A stretch of 64,000 nucleotides of DNA from Thermodesulfobacteriota bacterium (GTDB taxonomy: Bacteria; Desulfobacterota; Binatia; Bin18), in the NCBI GenBank assembly GCA_964291405.2, contig OZ219926.1, positions 1,472,001 to 1,536,000 on the forward strand. Reading direction: 5' to 3'. The notes under the pieces are model-generated. The model made no database searches, had not been told where the DNA came from, and saw nothing but the letters and a program-made list of their open reading frames with translations. The translations under genes were made by a program, and so were the position numbers. Below, piece by piece: positions 9,287 through 19,068 of the stretch; the first letter of the stretch is position 1; every line of letters starts with the position of its first letter.

Positions 9287-10759
9287 CTACGTCAACGTAC
9301 CCCCTCCTGCAGGCTGTATGCGCTCTCCCGCAGCCACAATGCCCCTGAGCATACCGGAAAAGACCAGTTGGTGAAGCGGGTAAACGCCATACCAGTAGAC
9401 AAGACCCAAGAGGCCGCGCGGGTCGAAGCTGGCGGTTTGGCGAATGGTGGCCTGATGCTCATCGCCTTCAACAACAAATTCCAACCAGGCCCGACCGGGA
9501 AGCTTCATCTCGGCCTGCAAGCGTAAAAGGCGGTCGGGCTCAATGGCCTCGACCCGCCAGCAGTCCAGCGTGTCGCCGACCTTGAGTTGGTCGGGATGAG
9601 GCCGACCGCGGCGCATGCCGACTCCACCGAGCAGCAGGTCGAGAAAGCCACGCAGTTGCCACAGCCAGTTACCATAATACCAACCAACCTCCCCACCAAT
9701 ACGGCGAATCGGGCGAAAAGCCACTGCCGGTGAGACGGGAACGCGGGTAGTCCGAGAGTCAATCAGGCGGTGACCAAACCGAACACCGCCCCACGTCCGT
9801 AGCGGACCGGCCATGGAGAGGGCGTCAGACCAGCGGGACTCGGCAAGCTCCCGGTCCTCGTTCCGGAGGGCCTGGGCAATGGCCTTATGCACCCCGACGG
9901 GACGAATGGCAAAATGCTGCAAGGCTGAGTCGTCCTGCACGATGGTTGGATGCCGCAAACTCTCGACCAGTTTGCGACCAACGCGGGCATAGAGCGGCGT
10001 GACCAAACCTAGCCATAAACTCGACAGACGTGGCGTCAGAACCGGAACGGAGAGCATCCAGCGCCGGACCCCCCGCTGCCGGGCATACTCCTGCATCAAT
10101 TCCCGATACGAGACCCGGTCGGCTCCTCCAATTTCAAAGATTTGGTTTCCCGCACAGCGCAACTCGAGCGCGTCTGTCAGATAGGCCAGTAAATCCGTAA
10201 TGGCAATCGGTTGGGCTTGAACAGATACCCAGCGCGGCGTGAGCATGACGGGTAAGCGTTCGATCAAGGCCCGGATCATTTCAAAAGACAGACTGCCAGA
10301 GCCGATGACAATAGAAGCGCGCAGTTCAATGGTCTGGACGCCTGAGGCGCGCAGGATGTGGCCGACTTCCTGTCTGCTCCGCAGGTGAGACGAGAGCGGG
10401 CCGGTGCTGTCGCCCAGACCGCCGAGGTAGATCAAGCGCCGGACTCCAGCTTGGCGCGCGGCCCGTCCGAAATTGTGGGCCGCCCGACGGTCCTGCGCCT
10501 CGAATGCTCCGGCCGATCCCATGGAGTGGACGAGGTAGTAGGCCGTATGCACGTTCTGGAGCGCAGCATCCAGAGAGGCCGGATTCAGGACATCGCCGGC
10601 GACCACTTCAGTATGCGGCCCAACCCGTGACCGTAGAAATGCGGGCTGACGCGCGAGACAGCGGACGATATAGCCCGTCCGTTCCAGGGCTTTGAGCAAA
10701 CGCCCACCAACATAGCCCGTCGCGCCGGTGAGCAAGATGCGTTGAGGAGACTCGCCCAC
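9287..10759 (-). CDS. Atypical SDR / NAD(P)-binding protein with DUF2867-like C-terminus (YbjT-like)
   Basis: TGATGYVG, AYYLVHSM and C-terminal AEMKLPGRAWLEF...GL.YWY motifs. Confidence 0.88.
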   Translation of the reverse strand: MGESPQRILLTGATGYVGGRLLKALERTGYIVRCLARQPAFLRSRVGPHTEVVAGDVLNPASLDAALQNVHTAYYLVHSMGSAGAFEAQDRRAAHNFGRAARQAGVRRLIYLGGLGDSTGPLSSHLRSRQEVGHILRASGVQTIELRASIVIGSGSLSFEMIRALIERLPVMLTPRWVSVQAQPIAITDLLAYLTDALELRCAGNQIFEIGGADRVSYRELMQEYARQRGVRRWMLSVPVLTPRLSSLWLGLVTPLYARVGRKLVESLRHPTIVQDDSALQHFAIRPVGVHKAIAQALRNEDRELAESRWSDALSMAGPLRTWGGVRFGHRLIDSRTTRVPVSPAVAFRPIRRIGGEVGWYYGNWLWQLRGFLDLLLGGVGMRRGRPHPDQLKVGDTLDCWRVEAIEPDRLLRLQAEMKLPGRAWLEFVVEGDEHQATIRQTASFDPRGLLGLVYWYGVYPLHQLVFSGMLRGIVAAGERIQPAGGGTLT

Positions 10760-12136
10760 TTACCGCTGCGATTCAAAAAGATACACCCGCCCGACGTTGA
10801 CCTCACCCATGATGTGCTGGCCAGGGGTACTCATGGCGAACTCCGGAATGCCGTCCTGATTCAGATCGCCCGGCGAGAGTACGGTGTAACCGAATTTTGA
10901 CCCCTGGTGGCCCCACGGGTTATCGAGCGTCATGAGGTGCCGCCCGTCACGCCCATTATAGACAAACACCTCGCCTTGGATGTCGAACGCATCCACAGCC
11001 TGAAATGGAGCCCCAACTAAAATCTCAGGTATCTCGTCCGCGTTCACGTCCATGCTGGTGGCCAGCGCCCAGCCAAAGCCAGCATGCTTGCGCGGAAACG
11101 GATCTTTGAGGGCATAGATCACGGAGCCGTCTGTCCCGCTGATGGCGTAGGCAGCGCCCTGGCCCTGATAGGCACCCACGTCATGGTAGGGCGCGCCGAC
11201 CAGCAGATCGGGTGTCCCATCTTTATTCAGATCCCCGGCACTGACCACACGCCAGCCAAAGGTTGAGCCTTCTTTGGGCTCCGGGTTTTCGACCGTGAGC
11301 AATAGCTGGCCGTCTGCGCCGTTATAAATATACGCTCGCCCTTGGACACTCAGATTGCCGACCGTGGTGTAGGGCGCACCCACCGCGATCTCCTGGACGC
11401 CATCCTGATTGAGATCTCCGGCGGAGTTCACAAACCATCCAAACGCAGAGCCCCCCCGGTCGGTGGGCGGTCGAAGTGTATAGACGAGCGATCCATCCTG
11501 GCCGCTGTAGACAAACGCCCTGCCCTCTCCGTCCTGGTTATAGGCACCCACAACCAACTCGGGGATAGTATCACCAGTGACATCACCAATGCCGGTGACC
11601 GACCAGCCAAAGCCCGCGCCAGGCTGCGATTGCGGCGGTTTGAGCGTGAGCAAATACGCCCCGTCCGCGCCGCTGAAGACGTAGGCTTGGCCGCCTTTAT
11701 TCTGGCCAAAGGCACCGATCAATAAATCTGGTAGCCCGTCCCGGTCCACATCGCCAGCCGAGGCCACCGAGCAGGCAAACGCCGCGGCCTTTTGCGGAAA
11801 CGGATGATCGAGCGTATAGAGCAGTTTGGCCGTCTGCCCGTCGAAAACAAAGGCCCGGCCCTGGTGGTCCACGTTTTTCCCGGACTTTTCAGCACCGCCG
11901 AAGCCGACTTCCTTGCCGGTCATACCCTTCCTGGCATAGGGCTGGTCATACGCCCCAACCAGGTAATCCGGGATGCCATCGCCCGTTATATCGTCCAGCA
12001 TGGCCAGCGAGGTAGAAAAACTGGAAAAACGCATACGAATAGGATTATCCAGGATTTTTATATTCGGGCCGGCCCACGCAGAGGAACTCACCAGCAGAAG
12101 GACGGCGAGAGAGAGGCTCACCAGCGGAAACATCAC
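10760..12136 (-). CDS. Secreted FG-GAP (integrin-alpha-like) repeat beta-propeller protein
   Basis: Signal peptide ending AWA; seven DxxxDxxx(D/E) calcium-loop repeats, most with FG...GAP/GAY elements. Confidence 0.88.
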   Translation of the reverse strand: MMFPLVSLSLAVLLLVSSSAWAGPNIKILDNPIRMRFSSFSTSLAMLDDITGDGIPDYLVGAYDQPYARKGMTGKEVGFGGAEKSGKNVDHQGRAFVFDGQTAKLLYTLDHPFPQKAAAFACSVASAGDVDRDGLPDLLIGAFGQNKGGQAYVFSGADGAYLLTLKPPQSQPGAGFGWSVTGIGDVTGDTIPELVVGAYNQDGEGRAFVYSGQDGSLVYTLRPPTDRGGSAFGWFVNSAGDLNQDGVQEIAVGAPYTTVGNLSVQGRAYIYNGADGQLLLTVENPEPKEGSTFGWRVVSAGDLNKDGTPDLLVGAPYHDVGAYQGQGAAYAISGTDGSVIYALKDPFPRKHAGFGWALATSMDVNADEIPEILVGAPFQAVDAFDIQGEVFVYNGRDGRHLMTLDNPWGHQGSKFGYTVLSPGDLNQDGIPEFAMSTPGQHIMGEVNVGRVYLFESQR

Positions 12137-12172
12137 AAAACTCCTTACTACAGTATGATAGCGGGGGCTCCG

Positions 12173-12205
12173 CCCTCACTCCTCTCCCACTGGCGGGAGA
12201 GGAGG
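12173..12205. repeat. REP-like intergenic palindrome
   Basis: CTCCTCTCCC-ACTGGC-GGGAGAGGAG perfect 10-bp stem preceded by CCCTCA. Confidence 0.5.
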
Positions 12206-12211
12206 CCAGAC

Positions 12212-13087
12212 TTATACTCCTTGAGCCGCTTCCACAATGGGCGCGACGGTGTCTAGGCAGGCCATGGCTTGGCCGGTCGCAATCGCTTTGGCAAAGGGCT
12301 GGGAGAAGAGCACGATCCGGCTTGCGCCAGCGTCACGATAGGCTTTCATCTCATCGGCTGAGAGGGCCCCGTCTTTGGGATCAATAAAAGCCGACATCTG
12401 CAAGGCGTCCGGGTCACGGCCAAACTCTCTGGCCATGGTACGAATCGATTCGACCTTGGTTTTATAGTCCTCAGGGTCAAACGCGAGCGGACACCAGCCA
12501 TCGTAGCTCCGGGCGACGCGCTCCAGCGCCTTTGGCACGTGGCCGCCCAAAAAGATAGGTGGACCGGCCTTTTGGACGGGCTTGGGATCGCAGAACACAG
12601 GCGGGAACTGGACCATTTCGCCTTGATAGCTGGGCTGTTCCTCGGTCCAGCAGAGGCGTAGCGCTTCGGTTGTTTCGCGCAGGCGTCGCCAGCGTAGTCG
12701 GAAGTTGGTGCCCATGACCTCGGTTTCTTCGCGCAGCCAGCCGGCACCGACGCCAATAATAGTCCGACCACCGGAATAGAGATCGAGGGTGGCAATCACT
12801 TTTGCGGTGATGAGCGGCTCGCGCTCCGGGAATAAACAAATACCGGTGGCCAGCTTGAGCGTGGTGGTGGCGGCCGCGGCCATAGTCAGCGCAATAAACG
12901 GGTCGGCCCAACGGTTGTAGTGCTCAGGCAGGGTCCCTCCCCCAGGCACCTCGGTTTTGAAGCCCACGGGAATCACCGGATGCTCGGGTATCCAGAGGGA
13001 CTCAAAGCCCAAGCCTTCGACCCGTTGCGCGATTCCAGTGATATTCTGCGTCTCTACTGTTGCCGGCACAAGGATACCAATATCCAT
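12212..13087 (-). CDS. LLM class F420-dependent oxidoreductase
   Basis: GFESLWIPEH, DPFIAL, GVGAGW, PKPVQ and PPIFLGG motifs. Confidence 0.9.
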   Translation of the reverse strand: MDIGILVPATVETQNITGIAQRVEGLGFESLWIPEHPVIPVGFKTEVPGGGTLPEHYNRWADPFIALTMAAAATTTLKLATGICLFPEREPLITAKVIATLDLYSGGRTIIGVGAGWLREETEVMGTNFRLRWRRLRETTEALRLCWTEEQPSYQGEMVQFPPVFCDPKPVQKAGPPIFLGGHVPKALERVARSYDGWCPLAFDPEDYKTKVESIRTMAREFGRDPDALQMSAFIDPKDGALSADEMKAYRDAGASRIVLFSQPFAKAIATGQAMACLDTVAPIVEAAQGV

Positions 13088-13196
13088 ACGTTGCCCTCCT
13101 TCTGATGCGTACGATTACAATGGGAATTATCGACTCTTAGGAAGGGAAGCGGGAGCAGGCAGCCTGCCCACTCCCATTATCTGAAAACAAGGCGTT

Positions 13197-14921
13197 TTAC
13201 GCACTGCGGACAACACGCCCCGGCCGGGCGCCCGTGTCTTTTCCGTTTTCCTGAACGACTTCACCGCTCACATAGGTTTTCTCATAGCCTTGAGCGGTCT
13301 GCATCAGACGCGGCATACCGGCCGGCAGATCGTAGACCATCTCGGGATGGCTGACGCTCAGATTGTCATAATCAATCAGGTTCACGTCCGCCTTGGCCCC
13401 TGGCTCAAGCGTACCGCGGTCCTGCATGCCAAAGAGACGCGCGCCGTCGTGGGTGAGTTTCTTGACCACAAACTCCAGCGGCAAGCGCTTGGGATCGTCC
13501 TCGGCTTTGTCCCGCGCCCAGTGGGTCAGGGCATAGGTGGGGACACTTGCGTCAATAATCTGACGCACGTGGGCGCCCGCGTCGCTGCCACCCATCACCG
13601 TAATGGGATCACAGATCAGCTGGTGGAGCGAGTCGGCGTTGCCATCCGCGTAGCCGGCGGCGGCATACATCAGAAAAGCCCGACCGTTTTGTTCGAGCAT
13701 CAGATCATAGATCACCTCGCGTGGACTGCGGCCTTCACGCTGGGCAAGCGTCGCAATGCTCCGGTCAGCGCTCGGCTCGTAGCTCAGCTCCTCACCCATG
13801 GGATAGGTGCGCTCCCAGACCCGCGCATTCTGATACAGCAGGGACATCCCGGTGGTGTGGGGGTCCTGTTCCGTGAGCAGCTTCTGGCGTAGCTCAGGTT
13901 TCCGCAGCTCGGCCATCTTTTCGTCGTGAGACAGTTTTTTCAGCGGTTGAAAACTCGGCAGATATTCAAACGGATTCTCCCCCTGGAAGCTGAACAGAAC
14001 ACAAACCGGGCGCACAAACACCATCGGCGTGATCGGCACGCCCCCTTCCACCGCGGCGGTACATTTCGCCATGACCTCGAGCCATTGGGTTGGATAGCTA
14101 TTGTTCTGAGGCAGGAGGAAGGTCAAGGGGCAGCCCGTCGCCCGGGAGACTCGGATCATCATATCCACTTCTTGCAGCAGGTCCGGGTCTTCGCCGGCAA
14201 TACCGCGCGGCACCATCTCCAGAATACCGCGTCCGGTTGAGCGCACGGCCCGGGCAATCCCGATCAACTCATCTTCATGGGCAAATGTGCCGGGGACCGG
14301 TTCGCCGTCATTGGCCGTATGCACCAGCGTCCGTGAACTCGAAAAGCCGAGTGCACCGGCGAGGACGGCGTCTTTGACAATAGCGGCCATCTTGGCGATG
14401 TCTTCTTCAGTCGCGGGTTCGTTCTTTGCTCCGCGCTCACCCATGACAAAGGCCCGCACCGCGCCGTGCGTAATCATACCACCCGCGTCCAGGGTGCGGG
14501 GCATACCATCCAGCACATCGAGATATTCGGCAAAACTTTGCCAGCCCCACGGCAGCCCGGCCGATAATGACGGAGCGGGAATGTCTTCAACACCTTCCAT
14601 GAGGCCGATCAGCCACTCGTGGCGATCTGGCGTGGCCGGCGCAAAGCCCACACCGCAGTTCCCCATGACCACGGTCGAGACACCGTGCCAGAGCGACGGC
14701 GTCATTTGTTCGTCCCAGGCCACCTGGCCGTCATAGTGGGTATGCGCATCGACCCAGGCCGGTGTGACCAACAGCCCGTCGGCATTCACCGTCTGCTTTG
14801 CGCTTCCCAGGTCTTTGCCGACAGCGACAACGCGCCCCTCGGCAATGGCCACGTCGCCAGTGAAAGCCGGCTTCCCCGTTCCGTCAACAATTTTTCCACC
14901 GCGAATAACTATCTCGTGCAT
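13197..14921 (-). CDS. N-acyl-D-amino-acid deacylase family amidohydrolase
   Basis: DAHTHYD, GNCGVGFAP, SDAGAH and TGARPGR motifs. Confidence 0.92.
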   Translation of the reverse strand: MHEIVIRGGKIVDGTGKPAFTGDVAIAEGRVVAVGKDLGSAKQTVNADGLLVTPAWVDAHTHYDGQVAWDEQMTPSLWHGVSTVVMGNCGVGFAPATPDRHEWLIGLMEGVEDIPAPSLSAGLPWGWQSFAEYLDVLDGMPRTLDAGGMITHGAVRAFVMGERGAKNEPATEEDIAKMAAIVKDAVLAGALGFSSSRTLVHTANDGEPVPGTFAHEDELIGIARAVRSTGRGILEMVPRGIAGEDPDLLQEVDMMIRVSRATGCPLTFLLPQNNSYPTQWLEVMAKCTAAVEGGVPITPMVFVRPVCVLFSFQGENPFEYLPSFQPLKKLSHDEKMAELRKPELRQKLLTEQDPHTTGMSLLYQNARVWERTYPMGEELSYEPSADRSIATLAQREGRSPREVIYDLMLEQNGRAFLMYAAAGYADGNADSLHQLICDPITVMGGSDAGAHVRQIIDASVPTYALTHWARDKAEDDPKRLPLEFVVKKLTHDGARLFGMQDRGTLEPGAKADVNLIDYDNLSVSHPEMVYDLPAGMPRLMQTAQGYEKTYVSGEVVQENGKDTGARPGRVVRSA

Positions 14922-15123
14922 GCACAGACCTCCTTTGATGCGCTTCGTCTGATCGTTGGTATTGGCCTAGAACACCATATACCTATCTGGCAACCAGCCT
15001 GAGAGCAATATCAGGTAATCGTCGTCCTATACGGAGTACGCCGCGGGGTTGCGAGGTCAGCCCCTCGCGGCTAGGTAACAAGGAGGCAAGGGATTGGAGA
15101 AACCACAAACTAACAGGAGGAGA

Positions 15124-15558
15124 ATGATGAGTGAGAACACCTATAACGGGAGTTGTTTTTGTGGAGCCGTGCAGTTGACCGTCACCGGTCCCCCCGCGGC
15201 TATGGGCTACTGCCACTGTGAGTCATGCCGCCACTGGTCGGCGGGACCGGTCAACGCCTTTACCTTGTGGCCGCCCGATGCCGTGCAAGTCACCCAGGGG
15301 GCGGACAATATTGGGACTTATGCCAAGACCGATAATAGTCATCGCAAGTGGTGTAAGGCCTGCGGCGGTCATCTATTCACCGAGCATCCCGGCATGGGCC
15401 TGACCGATGTGTATGCGGCCGTGATCCCGGACCTTCCTTTTCAGCCTGGCGTGCACGTCTTTTACGAAGAAACCGTGCTGCGTATCCACGACGGCATTGT
15501 CAAACAGAAAGATGTGCCGGCCGAGATGGGCGGCTCCGGCGAAGTACTGCCGGAATAA
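15124..15558 (+). CDS. GFA (glutathione-dependent formaldehyde-activating / CENP-V) family Zn protein
   Basis: GSCFCG, CHCESCR and CKACG motifs; AGGAGG RBS. Confidence 0.9.
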   Translation: MMSENTYNGSCFCGAVQLTVTGPPAAMGYCHCESCRHWSAGPVNAFTLWPPDAVQVTQGADNIGTYAKTDNSHRKWCKACGGHLFTEHPGMGLTDVYAAVIPDLPFQPGVHVFYEETVLRIHDGIVKQKDVPAEMGGSGEVLPE

Positions 15559-15569
15559 TCTCCTCTCAG

Positions 15570-15593
15570 CAGCCCCACCTGAGGGTGGGGCTG
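15570..15593. terminator. Hairpin between convergent genes (possible terminator)
   Basis: CAGCCCCACC-TGAG-GGTGGGGCTG perfect 10-bp stem; no U tract. Confidence 0.5.
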
Positions 15594-15643
15594 ACAATCG
15601 GGCCGGGGCAAAGAACCGCGGCCATCGATGTGGCGCGAGGGGT

Positions 15644-17038
15644 TCAGGCCGCCAGCAAGCCCTGGCGCGTGACCCAGTCCAGGGTCTCATTCAGCCCCTT
15701 TGTATAGCGTACGAAGATTTCGTCCACTTCATCCGCAGAGACGATGAGCGGCGGACACAGCGCCAGCGTGTCGCCGATGGCCCGGGAAATCAGGCCGTTG
15801 TCTTTCATGCGGGCCAGGCTGTATTTCCCGACTGCGGCATCTGGATCAAAGGCCTGACCGGTCGCCTTGTCCATCACCAGCTCGCACGCACCGACCAGGC
15901 CCTTGCCGCGTACCTCGCCGACTAGCGGGTGGTCGGCCAGCTGTTGCAGGTGGGCCTGAAACTGCTCACCGAGCCGGGCCGCCCGCTCGAAAATTCCGTC
16001 TCTTTCATAGATTTCGAGCACCTTGAGCCCCATAGCCGCCGAGACGGGATGGCCGCTATAGGTAAAGCCATGACCGAATATTCCCCATTCTTTGCTCACC
16101 TCGGCAACCGCCTGATAGATGAACTCGGGGATCATGACCGCGCTCAACGGCAGATAGGCCGAGGTCAGCGACTTGGCCAGGGAGATGGTGGCCGGCTGAA
16201 GATCAAAGGTCTGGGCAGCAAAAGGGTTGCCCGTCCGGCCAAAGCCGGTGATGACCTCGTCGTCGATGAACAGGACGTCGTATTTTTTCAGTACCCGCTG
16301 GATCTTCGGGAAATATGAATCCGGCGGTACCAGCACACCCCCAGCACCCATAATCGGTTCGGCAATAAACGCCGCGACCGTATCCGGATTTTCCGCCAGG
16401 ATGAGCCGCTCCAGATTATCGGCCAGTCGGGTGGTAAAGTCCTCTTCACTTTCGCCGGGCTCATGAAAGCGGTAGTAGTGCGGGCAGTCGGTATGCAGAA
16501 AACTCTCGACCGGCAGATCAAACCCCTGGTGAAAGGGAGCTAAACCGGTCGCACTGGCCGCGGCGAACGTTACGCCGTGGTAGGCTTTGTTCCGGGCAAT
16601 GATTTTTTTCTTCTCAGGTCGCCCGACAGCATTGTTGTAATAGCGCATGAGCTTGATCTGCGTATCGTTCGCGTCGGAACCCGAGAGACCGAAAAAGACT
16701 TTAGAAAATCCACCCGGCACAACCGTCTTGAGCTTTTCCGCGAGCTGCATGGCAGCGTCGTGGCTCTTGTCGGTGAAAAGATGGCCATAGGACAGCTTCT
16801 TGATCTGCTCGTAGGCCGTCTGGGCGAGCTCTTCGTTGCCATAGCCGAGTGACGTGCACCAAAGTCCGGCCAGCCCGTCAATATACTGCTTACCGTCTTC
16901 GTCCCAGACATAAATCCCTTCACCCCGCACGATCATCAGCGGCCCCTGTTCGTTCAGGGTGGCGATCTGACTCATGGGGTGAAACACGCTATCAAGGTCG
17001 CGCCTACCGAGCGGCGTTAGTGTTCCTGACTCGTTCAT
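15644..17038 (-). CDS. Class III (omega) aminotransferase, PLP-dependent
   Basis: GLWC, SGSDAND, AYHG, DEVITGFGRTG, LAKSLT (PLP lysine) and HGFTYSGHP motifs. Confidence 0.93.
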   Translation of the reverse strand: MNESGTLTPLGRRDLDSVFHPMSQIATLNEQGPLMIVRGEGIYVWDEDGKQYIDGLAGLWCTSLGYGNEELAQTAYEQIKKLSYGHLFTDKSHDAAMQLAEKLKTVVPGGFSKVFFGLSGSDANDTQIKLMRYYNNAVGRPEKKKIIARNKAYHGVTFAAASATGLAPFHQGFDLPVESFLHTDCPHYYRFHEPGESEEDFTTRLADNLERLILAENPDTVAAFIAEPIMGAGGVLVPPDSYFPKIQRVLKKYDVLFIDDEVITGFGRTGNPFAAQTFDLQPATISLAKSLTSAYLPLSAVMIPEFIYQAVAEVSKEWGIFGHGFTYSGHPVSAAMGLKVLEIYERDGIFERAARLGEQFQAHLQQLADHPLVGEVRGKGLVGACELVMDKATGQAFDPDAAVGKYSLARMKDNGLISRAIGDTLALCPPLIVSADEVDEIFVRYTKGLNETLDWVTRQGLLAA

Positions 17039-17072
17039 GGTTCGCTCCTCCGTTGGTCTATATGCCCATTAG

Positions 17073-19052
17073 TCACACAGTTGCCTCATCCGCCCAGTAC
17101 GGCATACTCCGCGCCTTCATCATCTGGCGAAAGGCGCGGGTCGAGTTGGGCAATAACTCACCGGTCCCCCAGTCACAGATGACCCCATACTGGCGAATCA
17201 CATCGTACAGGTCGAGCTGGCCCGTGCGGAAGCGCTCGGCAACCTGCTGCGGATCCTCCTCCAGCCAGCGCTTGCGCTGCGCGGCGATCCGTCGGCGTTC
17301 TGCCCGGGTGGCGGTTGCATCGATTTCGTACTCCGCCAAGTCCTCGTCGATGACCTTGAGCACAACGCCGTAGTCTTTGCGTGCCCGCTCGACCGACACA
17401 TAGTCATCCACGACGTCTTCGAGCACTCTTTGCGGGTCGCGTTTAAGCGGATCACCATAGCCTCCGCCACCCGAGGTCCCCCGCCAGAAACGCGCTCCGG
17501 TATGCACGGGAACATTCGAGAACACCGCGCCCAGGAAGCGCGCCTCCTCACCCGGTGGTTCAAGCCAGAGCCCGTGCGGGCGCGCCGGGAGGCCGCCCTC
17601 AATACCCCACACGATCGACCGTTCACGGTCGCAGAAATAGGAGAACACGCAGTTTTCCACGTCCAGGATGGTGCCACCTTTGTCGAGCCCGACGCCACCC
17701 CGCCATTCTCCAGGGCCGGCGCTGTCGGTGACGATCTCAAAACGGTCGGTCCGAACCGGACACAACCGTTCCTGGCCTTCAACCGGCTGGATCATCAAGC
17801 CCACACCAAAGCACGAGGCCGTCACGCCGAGCCCGTCCCGGCCATTCCGGCCACCCCAGCCACCGGACAGCCAGTCGTACAGCATAAAGTAGGGACGGTC
17901 CTCTCCGCGGGCGTCATAGCCGCCGGTTTGCAGATACTCGATGTTAAAGGCGCACGCCATGGCCCGCTCCGGCATGAGAGCGGAGAAGAGCTCAAAGATC
18001 GCATTCATGATCTTCTCGAAGCCCATGACAAAGCCGGATACCGCCACCGGCCAGCGGGCACTGACGATGGTATCGTCAGGAACGATGACCTTGACGGTCC
18101 GATACAACCCGGCGTTCAGCGGGACATCTGGAAAAAACGTTTTCATACCGGACACAATGCCGGCAAAGGTCCCCCCGAAGGCACAGTTGTAGATGGAGCC
18201 TATCGTCGGGTGAGAACCACTGAGGTCGAATTCCGCCTCGTCACCCCTGATCGTCAGTTTGACCCGGATGGGGATCATCCCTTCTTGCCCGGCCGGATCC
18301 TGATCGACAAAATCGACCGTCTCCCACGACCCGTCAGGCAGTTCGCTCAGGCGGAGACGTATCGCGCGTTCGACATAATCCTGGACTTCTGCAAAGGCGG
18401 TGATGATGGTCTCAACGCCGTATTTGTCGCACAGGCGGAGAATTTCTCGCTCGGCAATACGCGTTGCCTGGGTCTGGGCGTCCATATCGCCGATGATGGC
18501 ATCGGGGTCGCGGGTGTTCTTGGCCACGAGGCGCGCCACATCGCTACAGTACTCGCCCCGCCGCCAGATCTTGACCGGTGGCACGCGGATGCCTTCCTTG
18601 AACATCTCGTGTGCACTGACATCAAACGACCCCGGTACGCTGCCACCCATATCCGCCCAGTGACCGTTTGCCTGGCTCCAGGCGATGAGCCGGCCGTCAA
18701 CAAAAATCGGCAACAGCACCCGGGTATCGTTGAAGTGCGTTCCGCCCACATACGGGTCATTGATCAGAAAGATATCCCCTGGATGGATATCGTCGCCAAA
18801 CTCGTCAATGACCGCTTTACAGGTGTAGTGCAGAGTCCCGACGTGGGCCGCCAGGTCCTGATTTCCCTGGGCCACGGTATTCCCTTCGGCATCGCATAGC
18901 GCGTTGGAGAAATCGCGGTTATAGACCACGAAGGAGTAACAGGTCCGACGCACCTGCTCTGCCATCTGATCCACGATATTCACGAAAGCGTTGCGCAACA
19001 CCTCGAAGGTAACCGGGTCGAGGGTCGTGCTGGGTGTGGGTAATTTGGTCAT
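17073..19052 (-). CDS. Hydantoinase B / oxoprolinase family subunit
   Basis: NDPYVGGTHFND, HWADMGG..PGS and GGGGYGDP motifs. Confidence 0.92.
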   Translation of the reverse strand: MTKLPTPSTTLDPVTFEVLRNAFVNIVDQMAEQVRRTCYSFVVYNRDFSNALCDAEGNTVAQGNQDLAAHVGTLHYTCKAVIDEFGDDIHPGDIFLINDPYVGGTHFNDTRVLLPIFVDGRLIAWSQANGHWADMGGSVPGSFDVSAHEMFKEGIRVPPVKIWRRGEYCSDVARLVAKNTRDPDAIIGDMDAQTQATRIAEREILRLCDKYGVETIITAFAEVQDYVERAIRLRLSELPDGSWETVDFVDQDPAGQEGMIPIRVKLTIRGDEAEFDLSGSHPTIGSIYNCAFGGTFAGIVSGMKTFFPDVPLNAGLYRTVKVIVPDDTIVSARWPVAVSGFVMGFEKIMNAIFELFSALMPERAMACAFNIEYLQTGGYDARGEDRPYFMLYDWLSGGWGGRNGRDGLGVTASCFGVGLMIQPVEGQERLCPVRTDRFEIVTDSAGPGEWRGGVGLDKGGTILDVENCVFSYFCDRERSIVWGIEGGLPARPHGLWLEPPGEEARFLGAVFSNVPVHTGARFWRGTSGGGGYGDPLKRDPQRVLEDVVDDYVSVERARKDYGVVLKVIDEDLAEYEIDATATRAERRRIAAQRKRWLEEDPQQVAERFRTGQLDLYDVIRQYGVICDWGTGELLPNSTRAFRQMMKARSMPYWADEATV

Positions 19053-19068
19053 GATCGCATCCTCACTC

